Below the pieces are notes generated by a model. That model saw only the letters and a program-made list of their open reading frames with translations. It did not search any database and was not told the origin of the DNA. 64,000 nt of DNA from Bacilli bacterium (GTDB lineage Bacteria; Bacillota_I; Bacilli_A; RFN20; CAG-826). This document shows positions 55,841 through 64,000 of the stretch, piece after piece. The DNA lies in assembly GCA_017447165.1 (NCBI GenBank), contig JAFSOD010000004.1, forward strand, positions 179,267 through 243,266, read 5' to 3'. The translations under genes and the position numbers were made by a program. Position 1 is the first letter of the stretch, and the number at the start of each line of letters is the position of its first letter.

Positions 55841-56098
55841 ATGAGAAACACAAATGAATTTAGAACACTCGCCAAAGACGAAATCGCAAAGTTAGAGAAA
55901 GACGTCTATGGTCGTGATGTTAGTCACGAAGAGATTGAAATCGTCTTCATGTCCTATGTTATGGGATATATCAAAGGATTATTCGTCGTTGCTAGAAATA
56001 CCGAAGGTAGAATTTACGAGGTCTCCTCTAACCCAAGTAACGGAAAATTATATATTGATGTCTATAAAAAAGAAGGCAACAAAGTCGTTAGTCTTTAA
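55841..56098 (+). CDS. hypothetical 85-aa protein
   Basis: ORF with SD ggagga 8 nt upstream. No motif recognised. Directly precedes the EF-G-like gene. Confidence 0.5.
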   Translation: MRNTNEFRTLAKDEIAKLEKDVYGRDVSHEEIEIVFMSYVMGYIKGLFVVARNTEGRIYEVSSNPSNGKLYIDVYKKEGNKVVSL

Positions 56099-56119
56099 TT
56101 TCTAGGAGATGATCAATTT

Positions 56120-58171
56120 ATGAAAACTGAAAATATCCGCAATGTTGTAATCCTTGGCCACCAAGGAAGTGGCAAAACCTCTTTAGTAGAATCTTTAGCC
56201 TATGTCGCTAAACTTATTCCTGCTAAAGGCGAAGTTGAAAAGAAAAACACATTATCTGATTACACCCCTGATGAACAAAAAAGAGGTGGATCAATCCAAA
56301 CCGCTGTTATTCCTTTAGAATACGAAGGTTATAAAATCAATTTAATTGATATTCCAGGTAACGATGACTTCATTTCTGAAACCATCGGAGTTACTGGTGT
56401 CGTTAAAGGGGCAGTCTTAGTCATCGACGCTTCAGTCGGTGTACAAGTTGGCACTATTAAACACTTCAATCACTTAAAGAAAAAAGGCGTTCCAACATTT
56501 ATCTTTGTTAATAAAATGGACAAGGAAGATGTCGAATTTGAATTAGTCCTAGAAGAAATTAGAGAAAAATTAGGTAAAGAAGTTATCTCCTTCTGTTACC
56601 CACTTGGTCACGATAAAGCATTTGATGGCTTTGCTAACGCTGTTGACCTAAAAGCTCATATCTATAATGGAAAAGAATGCGTTGATGCAGAAATCTATCC
56701 AGATAAGAGAGCAAAAATTTTAGAACTCCACAACACAATCGTTGAAGAAGTCGCAAAAACAAACGACGAATTATTAGAAAAATTCTTTAATGGAGAAGAA
56801 TTCTCCATGGAAGAAATTAGAGAAGCATTAAGAGTTGGCGTCTTAAAAGGCGAACTCACTCCTCTTATTGTTGGTAGCGCCACTAAAAATATTGGAGTTC
56901 AAACATTATTAAGTATGTTTATTAACTACTTGCCAAATCCTAATGACCTCAAACCACTTGAGGCTCATGATGAGGCTGGTAATGACAAAGTCGTTCCTAC
57001 TGATGTTAATCAACCATTCTCAGCTTATGTCTTTAAGACAGTAGTCGATCCATACGCTGGAACCATTAACTTATTAAAAGTTTGTTCTGGTGTCCTTAAA
57101 GTTGGAGACGAAGTCTACGTTAATGGCAGCTCTCAAAGAGTAAGTATGCTTTATAAAATGACTGGTAAAAAACTTGACGCTGTTAATGAAATTATCGCAG
57201 GCGATATCGGCGCAGTTACTAGACTAGAAAAAGTCTCTTCTGGAGATTCTTTATCTTCTCCAAAATCAGTGACTATCTATAAACCAGTTAAATATCCAAC
57301 TGCAGTTATCTTTAAGGCTATTGTATTAGCTAATAAAAACGATGAATCCAAATTAGGACCAGCACTTGCCAAAATGCAACTTGAAGATCCTGCTTTAGAA
57401 GTTAAACGTAATAATGAAACTAAACAATTATTATTAGGTGGATTAAGTGATTCTCATATCGCTTATGCCTTAGAAAAACTTAAAGGTGTTTATAAGATTG
57501 ATCTCACAACCGAAAAGATGAAGATTATTTATAGAGAATCTATAAAAGGTACTGCTGAAGGCGATGGAAGATACGTCAAACAATCTGGTGGTAGCGGATT
57601 CTATGGTGTCGTTAAAATGAGATTTGAACCAGCCGAAGAAAATGTCTTTGCTGAAGAAATCTTTGGTGGATCAGTTCCAAAGAACTACTTCCCTGCAGTT
57701 GAAAAAGGATTCTTTGAAGCCTTACAAAGCGGCTTATTAGCAGGATTCCCAGTAATCGGCGTTAAAGGTGTCTTAGTGGACGGCAAATACCATCCAGTTG
57801 ATTCTAACGAACAAGCCTTTAAGATGGCAGGTATTTTAGCCTTTAAAGATGCTTACTTAAAGTGTCGCCCAATTATTTTGGAGCCAATCATTAGAATTAA
57901 AGTTAACATTGAATCCAAATATACCGGTAACATCCTCTCTGATTTAAATACCAGAAGAGCGAGAATCCAAAATATTGAAGAAAAAGAACATGGCTATCAA
58001 GAAATTGAAGCTCTTGTCCCAGAAGCAGAGATTATTGACTATGTCACTCAACTTAAGTCCTTAACTCAAGCTAGCGGCTTCTTCAATAGAGAATTTGTTG
58101 CTTACGAAGAATTACCAGAATACTTAAAAGATAAAGTAATTCAAGAAAACGCGATTAAACAACAACAATAA
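56120..58171 (+). CDS. EF-G-like translational GTPase paralog lacking the catalytic histidine
   Basis: 683 aa. G1 GHQGSGKTS, G3 DIPGNDDF (canonical DTPGHVDF), G4 NKMD. EF-G domains II-V are recognisable. Confidence 0.8.
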   Translation: MKTENIRNVVILGHQGSGKTSLVESLAYVAKLIPAKGEVEKKNTLSDYTPDEQKRGGSIQTAVIPLEYEGYKINLIDIPGNDDFISETIGVTGVVKGAVLVIDASVGVQVGTIKHFNHLKKKGVPTFIFVNKMDKEDVEFELVLEEIREKLGKEVISFCYPLGHDKAFDGFANAVDLKAHIYNGKECVDAEIYPDKRAKILELHNTIVEEVAKTNDELLEKFFNGEEFSMEEIREALRVGVLKGELTPLIVGSATKNIGVQTLLSMFINYLPNPNDLKPLEAHDEAGNDKVVPTDVNQPFSAYVFKTVVDPYAGTINLLKVCSGVLKVGDEVYVNGSSQRVSMLYKMTGKKLDAVNEIIAGDIGAVTRLEKVSSGDSLSSPKSVTIYKPVKYPTAVIFKAIVLANKNDESKLGPALAKMQLEDPALEVKRNNETKQLLLGGLSDSHIAYALEKLKGVYKIDLTTEKMKIIYRESIKGTAEGDGRYVKQSGGSGFYGVVKMRFEPAEENVFAEEIFGGSVPKNYFPAVEKGFFEALQSGLLAGFPVIGVKGVLVDGKYHPVDSNEQAFKMAGILAFKDAYLKCRPIILEPIIRIKVNIESKYTGNILSDLNTRRARIQNIEEKEHGYQEIEALVPEAEIIDYVTQLKSLTQASGFFNREFVAYEELPEYLKDKVIQENAIKQQQ

Positions 58172-58260
58172 ATATCAAGCCAAACAAAATACCGCTTCAG
58201 ATTTGGGGTACCTTTCAACCTTTCATTCACTCGAGCGGTATTTTTTATTATTAATAATAA

Positions 58261-58761
58261 CTATTCAAATTTGAAGTGTTCTTCAAGAAGCAAATTAATA
58301 TAGTCGATTTTTAGTTCTCTATATGATTTCCAATCACTACCACATTTACGAGTTAATTCGTCTCGAAATTCATTGTATTGTCTAACTAAATGTTCGTGTT
58401 CTTTAAGTAAAGTGATAAATGCATTGTATTTATTAAAGATTTCAGAAGCATATACCATCACTTTAATGGTGACTCCATAGCCTAATACTTTTTTAGGGAC
58501 CACTAAAGTGGAACAATCATGTCCGTCTTCATAATTAATGAGTTTATATCCTTTTGATTGTAAACGAACCACAACAGCGGTTAGATCCGCTAAAGATTCT
58601 ACTGTAACTAAGATATCAACATTACGGTTACTACGTCCGTTTTTATAAGCAGTCGCACCGTAATGATTAATCGCAATCTTAAAGTTCTTCAAATAGTATT
58701 GAAGATTGTTTTTCTCTTCTTGAAAGGTTTTGCCCCAACCAGTTGGATCAAATCTTAGCAT
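58261..58761 (-). CDS. GrpB-like nucleotidyltransferase-fold protein
   Basis: 166 aa; HYGATAY...NVDILVTVESL resembles the GrpB H.GST...DI.V pattern. Tentative. Confidence 0.45.
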   Translation of the reverse strand: MLRFDPTGWGKTFQEEKNNLQYYLKNFKIAINHYGATAYKNGRSNRNVDILVTVESLADLTAVVVRLQSKGYKLINYEDGHDCSTLVVPKKVLGYGVTIKVMVYASEIFNKYNAFITLLKEHEHLVRQYNEFRDELTRKCGSDWKSYRELKIDYINLLLEEHFKFE

Positions 58762-58763
58762 GA

Positions 58764-60047
58764 TTACGCTCCATCAATATGATTATCGCAAATATTTCCA
58801 TCATCTGCGACTTTATTAAATTTATTATTGCCACCATTTGAGCCGGAACTATAACCAACTCTTCTATTTACGTATTGGTGGAAGGTTTCCACTTCTTCTA
58901 CTGTATTAAATTTTGCCATAAAGAATCTATCACCCATAACACCCGATAATACTTTAGGGTATCTACCATGGTTGCAAATGTTGCTTTTATAGGTCCTCAT
59001 AACATCTTCATCAGAGTAGAAGTATTCAACATTATCTCTTCTAGCACCTGTTGGTAAATAGAACTTAGGTTCCATCTTTACTTCAGGGTGATTGTCCGCA
59101 ATAACTTGTCCATAGAGTTCATAACAATCAATGGAATTAGCGAAGTTATGCATATCAGGAGAATAACCTCCAGGAGAACGAACGTTAATCTCTAATCCGA
59201 CGATATCTCCAACCTTAAATAAGCCCTTTCTAGCCTTAGTAACTCTAAAGTATTCAATATGGAAAAATCTCTTCTTTAATTTAAAAGCTTTAATGGTGGT
59301 CTTACCTAATTCTGCAAACTTTTTATCTAAGAATGGATTACAGTAATAGAACATATCTCCACCCTCAATAAGGATGTCACTAATAGATGGTGGACACTCT
59401 AAAGAGGTGAAGTAAACCGCATTACTATTATTATCAGTTAACCCGTCAAAAGTCACGATGTCTCCGGTAACAAAAGTTTCGCAAATAAACTGGCAATTTT
59501 GGTCTTTTTTCTGGTAAAAAGCCTCTAATTCTTCATAATTATTAATTTTATAGCTTTCTTCAGCGCCCACTCCAATATCTGGTTTAACAAATAATGGATA
59601 TCCATATTTTTCTGCAAATTCTTTTAAAGATTCAAAATCATTTACAAGCATATAAGGAGCGACTTTCACTCCCGCTTCTTGAAAATGTTTTTTCATAAAA
59701 GACTTTCTTTGATAATCATCAAGTTCACATGAATGGAAACCAGTATCGATGGAAAATAGATCTCTTAAAATAGAGTCTTTTCTAAGCCAGTATTCATTAT
59801 TGCTTTCTAAAAAGTCGATGTGACCATATTTTCTTTCAAAATAACCTACTGCTTGCTTTTCTTCATCAAAATTATCTAAGTTAGAAACTTTGTAATATTC
59901 AGTTAAAGCATCTTTCAAAGCTGGGTTAAGTTCATCGTAAGGTTGATCTCCAACTCCAAGCACTCTAAAGCCTGCTTTTTTTAATCCAACACAAAATCTA
60001 TAGTATGTCTCTGGGAAGTTTGGAGAAATGAATACAAAATTTTTCAT
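58764..60047 (-). CDS. ATP-grasp domain protein
   Basis: 427 aa with YPLFVKPDIGVGAEESYKI and ...GLEINVRSPGG, typical ATP-grasp elements. Confidence 0.65.
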   Translation of the reverse strand: MKNFVFISPNFPETYYRFCVGLKKAGFRVLGVGDQPYDELNPALKDALTEYYKVSNLDNFDEEKQAVGYFERKYGHIDFLESNNEYWLRKDSILRDLFSIDTGFHSCELDDYQRKSFMKKHFQEAGVKVAPYMLVNDFESLKEFAEKYGYPLFVKPDIGVGAEESYKINNYEELEAFYQKKDQNCQFICETFVTGDIVTFDGLTDNNSNAVYFTSLECPPSISDILIEGGDMFYYCNPFLDKKFAELGKTTIKAFKLKKRFFHIEYFRVTKARKGLFKVGDIVGLEINVRSPGGYSPDMHNFANSIDCYELYGQVIADNHPEVKMEPKFYLPTGARRDNVEYFYSDEDVMRTYKSNICNHGRYPKVLSGVMGDRFFMAKFNTVEEVETFHQYVNRRVGYSSGSNGGNNKFNKVADDGNICDNHIDGA

Positions 60048-60180
60048 GTGAATATTATATTCTTATTCGTTTATTTTGTTTAGTTTTAATAATTTTATAA
60101 ATCATTAAAGAAAATACTTACATTAAAAAATAATTAGTAATATAATACTTCCACTGACAAAGTAGTCAATTAAAAATATT

Positions 60181-60789
60181 ATGCCAAGAACAGTTGAACA
60201 AAACGAAATTATTAGAAATGAGAGAATCAGTAAAATTCTCATTGCGTCTTTATATTTATTCGCCAATAAAGGTTATGACGCTACTACTTTAGATGAGATT
60301 GCTAAGACTGCTGGATGCTCCCATGGTCTTTTATATCATTACTATAAAGATAAATATCATCTATACAATCATTTAGTAAACGAAGTAGCATTCCCAATCA
60401 TGAGAGATAGAATCATTAACGTTGACATTAATCAAAAAGCAAAATTTGTCTTAAGAGACGTAATGACTACATACATTAAAAATCTAAAGTCAAAAGATGA
60501 TAAATACTGCTGGGCTGTTAATTTATTAATTAGTGTTGAATTATCTGTTGTAGACGGTACTAAAACTATTAGAGTTTCTAAAGAAAAGAACGATAAAATC
60601 TTTCAGTGGTTCTTTAAAATCATTGAAAGAGCAAAACAAGAAGGAGATATCCCTCCTCACAAAGATTGTCGTGAATTAACTGCAATGATCATTTACATCA
60701 TGAAAGGAATGGCATATATCCGAATGAAATTAGGATATAAAAAGTTCATTAGTCCAGATGTAAGTATTATAATGGACATGGTCTTATAA
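60181..60789 (+). CDS. TetR/AcrR-family transcriptional regulator
   Basis: 202 aa with N-terminal HTH LFANKGYDATTLDEIAKTAGCSHGLLYHYY. Confidence 0.85.
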   Translation: MPRTVEQNEIIRNERISKILIASLYLFANKGYDATTLDEIAKTAGCSHGLLYHYYKDKYHLYNHLVNEVAFPIMRDRIINVDINQKAKFVLRDVMTTYIKNLKSKDDKYCWAVNLLISVELSVVDGTKTIRVSKEKNDKIFQWFFKIIERAKQEGDIPPHKDCRELTAMIIYIMKGMAYIRMKLGYKKFISPDVSIIMDMVL

Positions 60790-60790
60790 A

Positions 60791-62608
60791 ATGATTAAGA
60801 AATTTAAAAGAATTCTTCAAAGCGTCAGACAATATAAAAAATACGCAATTCTTACACCTTTATTCATGATCGGAGAAGCAGGATTAGAATGCGCAATGCC
60901 TTTCATTATGGGTATTTTTGTTGATGAAATTAAATTATTAACTTCTCCAGAAGGATTCTTCCACACTACTGATAAAGTTACATTCCCTATCTTTTATATA
61001 GCGTTAATTTTATTAGTTATGGCAATCGTTTCGCTTCTATGCGGATGGATTGGAGGTAAAACTGCCTCTATTGCTTCAGTTGGATTAGCCTGTAATTTAC
61101 GTGAAGACTTATATAAAAAGTTAAATAGTTTCTCTTTTGAGAATATCGATAAATTCTCTACTTCAAGTTTAGTTACTAGAATGACTACGGACATTAATAA
61201 TGTCCAAATGGCATTCCAAATGATGATAAGAATTGTTGTTAGAGCCCCACTTATGCTTATTTTCTCTGCAGTTATGACATTTGTTGGCGGAGGAGTAATG
61301 GGCTTCATCTTCGTTGGATTAATCCCAATCGTGGCTTTTGGATTGTTCTTAATCATCAGACACGCGATGAGAATCTTTATGCAAATCTTCAAAAGATATG
61401 ACTTCCTTAATCAATCGGTTCAAGAAAATGTTTCTGGCATTAGAGTCGTTAAATCATACGTTAGAGAAGAGTATGAGAAAGAAAAATTCACTAAAGCAAG
61501 CGACGCCATCACCACTGACTTTGTCAAAGCTGAAAAGATTGTCGCCTTAAATAACCCATTGATGAATACATCAATTCACTTGAGCAACATTTTAATTATT
61601 GGACTAGGTTCATATTTAATTTACACAACTGGTCACTTTGAATGGACCGAAAAAGGTGGAGATTATATTGGTGGAACCCTAACCTTAGGACAATTATCAG
61701 CCTTAATCACATATGGCATTCAAATCTTAATGTCATTAATGATGATTTCTATGATCATGGTAATGCTCGCTATGTCTATTGAATCTATTAAACGTATTTA
61801 TGAAGTATTAGAAGAAGAACCAACTATTGAAAATGGTGATGCTCCAATTATGGACGTTGATAATGGTGATATTATCTTTGATAAAGTTAACTTTAAATAT
61901 CGTAAAGATAGTGATAGAGAAGCTCTCACAGATATTAATTTAAATATCAAATCTGGACAATTCATTGGTATTTTAGGATCTACTGGTAGTGGTAAAACCT
62001 CAGTTATCAATTTAATCTCAAGATTATATGACGTCACTGATGGAGAAGTGAAAGTCGCAGGTCATAATGTTAAAGATTATGACTTAGAAGTACTTAGAAA
62101 TAACGTTGCTGTTGTTTTACAAAAGAATGTCTTATTTAGTGGCACGATTGAAAGTAACCTTAAATGGGGTAATTTAAACGCTAGTGAAGAAGAAATGCGT
62201 AATGCTTGTAAGATTGCCCAAGCCTTAGAAATTGTTGATGCTAAACCAGAAGGATTAAAATCCAGAGTTGAACAAGGCGGAGCCAACTTCTCTGGCGGAC
62301 AAAAACAAAGACTTTGTATCGCTAGAGCGATTTTAAAACAACCAAAGATTATGATTTTAGATGACTCTACCTCCGCAGTAGATACTAAAACCGATAGATT
62401 AATTAGAAAAGGCTTAAAAGAAGATTTACCAGAGATGACTAAAATCGTCATTGCTCAAAGAATATCTTCTATTGAAGATGCTGATCAAATCGTCATCATG
62501 GATAATGGTAGAGTTAACGCTGTTGGAACCCATGAAGAATTATTAAAGAATAACCACATCTATCAAGAAGTCTATTACACCCAAAATAGAGTAGGGGGTG
62601 ATAAATAA
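60791..62608 (+). CDS. ABC exporter, fused permease/ATPase (heterodimer half 1)
   Basis: 605 aa with a six-TM domain, Walker A GSTGSGKTS, signature FSGGQKQR and Walker B IMILDDSTS. Confidence 0.9.
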   Translation: MIKKFKRILQSVRQYKKYAILTPLFMIGEAGLECAMPFIMGIFVDEIKLLTSPEGFFHTTDKVTFPIFYIALILLVMAIVSLLCGWIGGKTASIASVGLACNLREDLYKKLNSFSFENIDKFSTSSLVTRMTTDINNVQMAFQMMIRIVVRAPLMLIFSAVMTFVGGGVMGFIFVGLIPIVAFGLFLIIRHAMRIFMQIFKRYDFLNQSVQENVSGIRVVKSYVREEYEKEKFTKASDAITTDFVKAEKIVALNNPLMNTSIHLSNILIIGLGSYLIYTTGHFEWTEKGGDYIGGTLTLGQLSALITYGIQILMSLMMISMIMVMLAMSIESIKRIYEVLEEEPTIENGDAPIMDVDNGDIIFDKVNFKYRKDSDREALTDINLNIKSGQFIGILGSTGSGKTSVINLISRLYDVTDGEVKVAGHNVKDYDLEVLRNNVAVVLQKNVLFSGTIESNLKWGNLNASEEEMRNACKIAQALEIVDAKPEGLKSRVEQGGANFSGGQKQRLCIARAILKQPKIMILDDSTSAVDTKTDRLIRKGLKEDLPEMTKIVIAQRISSIEDADQIVIMDNGRVNAVGTHEELLKNNHIYQEVYYTQNRVGGDK

Positions 62609-64000
62609 TGCCACCTGTTCATATGAGAGAAAGAGGAAAAGCAAAAAAAGGTACTATGAAGAATCTTTTAAAGATGCTTTTTAAGCTCTACCCTGCTCAA
62701 TTAATCATTTCTTTAATATGCTTAGTCTTTAACGTTATCGGTAATTTATGTAGTTCAATATTTGTCGCTTTAGCTACAACCGCATTAACTGCAGCGGGTA
62801 TGTACGGCTTAAATCCTTTCGTAGATACTTATCCTGTACGTACTATCTTTGGATTTAATGTCACCACTAACGTTTCCTATTTATTAATTATTTTAGGATC
62901 TATTTATATTGTTGGTATCTTCGCTGCTTGGACATGGAATAGAACGATGGCCATTGTCACTCAAAGATTCATGAACTATTACCGTAAGGCGATGTTCTCC
63001 CATATGGAAGACTTACCAATCAAATATTTTGATACCCACGCTCACGGGGCAATAATGTCTTTATATACCAATGATATTGATACTATTAGACAATTTATCT
63101 CTCAAGCCTTACCAAGTTTAATTCAAACCGGATTAACAACAATATTTGTATTTGTCACCATGTTAACAGCATCAGTCTGGATGACTTTAGTCATCATTGG
63201 TGGCTTTATCATCATGTTATTCGTGGTAAAAATTATTGGCGGTAACGCCTCTAAATACTTCATTAAACAACAAGCCTCTTTAGCGAAAGTTGAAGGTATG
63301 ATTGAAGAATCAATCAACGGCTTAAAAGTTATTAAAGTATTCTGTCATGAAGAAAAGAGTAATGAAGAATTCATCGAATTAAATGAAGAATATAGACATA
63401 ACTCCACCCAAGCTAATATTCACGGTAATATCATGATGCCAATTATGGCTAATATTGGTAACTTCTTATATATCTTATGCGGATTAATGGGCGCCTTTAT
63501 CTTTGCCTTTGGATGGAGCAATTTATCTCTTTCTGGTTGGGCAAAATTTGAAGGAACAGAAGGAACCGCTCTATTTGCGGGTATGATTGCCTTATTCTTA
63601 ATGCAAAGTAGAATGTTCGCTAATAACGTTAACCAATTTTCTCAACAAATTACTTTTATCGTTATGGGCATGGCGGGAGCCTCTAGATGTCTCGAACTCA
63701 TGGAAGAAGAAAAGGAAAAAGACGAGGGCTACGTCTATTTATGTAACATTATTCGCCATGAAGATGGAACCTTTGAAGAGACAAGTGAACACACTCATGA
63801 CTATGCTTGGAAGTATCGTCATAAAGATGGTCAACTTGAATATAGAGAACTTAAGGGCGATATTCTTTTAGATGGTGTTGATTTCTCCTATAACGGAAAG
63901 AAATTAGTTCTTGAAGATATTCATATTTACGCGCATCCAGGTCAAAAGATTGCTTTAGTTGGCGCTACTGGTGCGGGCAAAACCACAATCACTAACTTAA
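62608..64000 (+). CDS. ABC exporter, fused permease/ATPase (heterodimer half 2), 3' end outside window
   Basis: ATG at 62608 overlaps the upstream stop (TAATG). The open frame runs to the window end; the TM domain is followed by Walker A GATGAGKTT at the very end. Absent from the ORF track because no stop is reached. Confidence 0.85.
   Translation, partial: MPPVHMRERGKAKKGTMKNLLKMLFKLYPAQLIISLICLVFNVIGNLCSSIFVALATTALTAAGMYGLNPFVDTYPVRTIFGFNVTTNVSYLLIILGSIYIVGIFAAWTWNRTMAIVTQRFMNYYRKAMFSHMEDLPIKYFDTHAHGAIMSLYTNDIDTIRQFISQALPSLIQTGLTTIFVFVTMLTASVWMTLVIIGGFIIMLFVVKIIGGNASKYFIKQQASLAKVEGMIEESINGLKVIKVFCHEEKSNEEFIELNEEYRHNSTQANIHGNIMMPIMANIGNFLYILCGLMGAFIFAFGWSNLSLSGWAKFEGTEGTALFAGMIALFLMQSRMFANNVNQFSQQITFIVMGMAGASRCLELMEEEKEKDEGYVYLCNIIRHEDGTFEETSEHTHDYAWKYRHKDGQLEYRELKGDILLDGVDFSYNGKKLVLEDIHIYAHPGQKIALVGATGAGKTTITNL

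Noticed and set aside
412-62451. About 50 track ORFs of 60-140 aa, mostly antisense to long genes plus two same-strand alternate-frame ones (e.g. 412-666+, 1559-1762+, 3571-3801+, 9278-9634-, 18247-18633+, 20713-21132+, 41036-41287+, 60994-61392-, 62077-62451-)
   Set aside because: They lie wholly inside well-supported conserved genes, mostly on the opposite strand or in another frame of the same strand, lack SD sequences, and have low-complexity or Ser/Leu/Phe-rich compositions typical of shadow frames in AT-rich DNA.

Overview
AT-rich chromosome segment that uses the standard genetic code: prfA and prfB are both present and TGA is used as a stop, for example at 12560-12562. It looks like an anaerobic low-GC Bacillota or wall-less-relative lineage (Erysipelotrichia/Acholeplasma-like), but I cannot place it more precisely from sequence alone. 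Most of the window is densely packed core genome in familiar Firmicute synteny: rpsF-ssb-rpsR, secG, uvrB, secA-prfB, comFA-comFC, prfA-prmC-tsaC-rpiB, dnaX-ybaB-recR-tmk-holB-ricT-rsmI and typA. There are also anaerobe redox genes (rubrerythrin, an [FeFe]-hydrogenase-like protein, and a HypA/HypB-flanked Fe-S flavoprotein). A five-gene surface-protein island at 41.3-49.7 kb includes a surface-anchored endonuclease I. The window further carries a PIN/Phd toxin-antitoxin pair, a DUF1538 plus two PII-like genes operon, an EF-G paralog and a TetR plus ABC exporter pair. I found no rRNA, tRNA, CRISPR, transposase or site-specific recombinase. The standout is 26.5-29.8 kb, between the rpiB terminator and comFA. 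There the 5' UTR plus the first ~88 codons of comFA, ending in the Walker A codons, recur six times. After five of the six copies, and once more at the rpiB end where no comFA segment precedes it, come a conserved ~35-nt linker and a small basic-protein gene from one divergent superfamily. Copies closest to the intact gene are best preserved. The nearest one differs from the live gene at 32 of 79 codons synonymously but at only 2 non-synonymously. I read this as serial site-specific accretion of small cassettes that each bring a replacement comFA 5' end, with no recombinase in cis. I do not know a described system with this organisation. All calls rest on reading the sequence and ORF translations by eye; no database search was possible.
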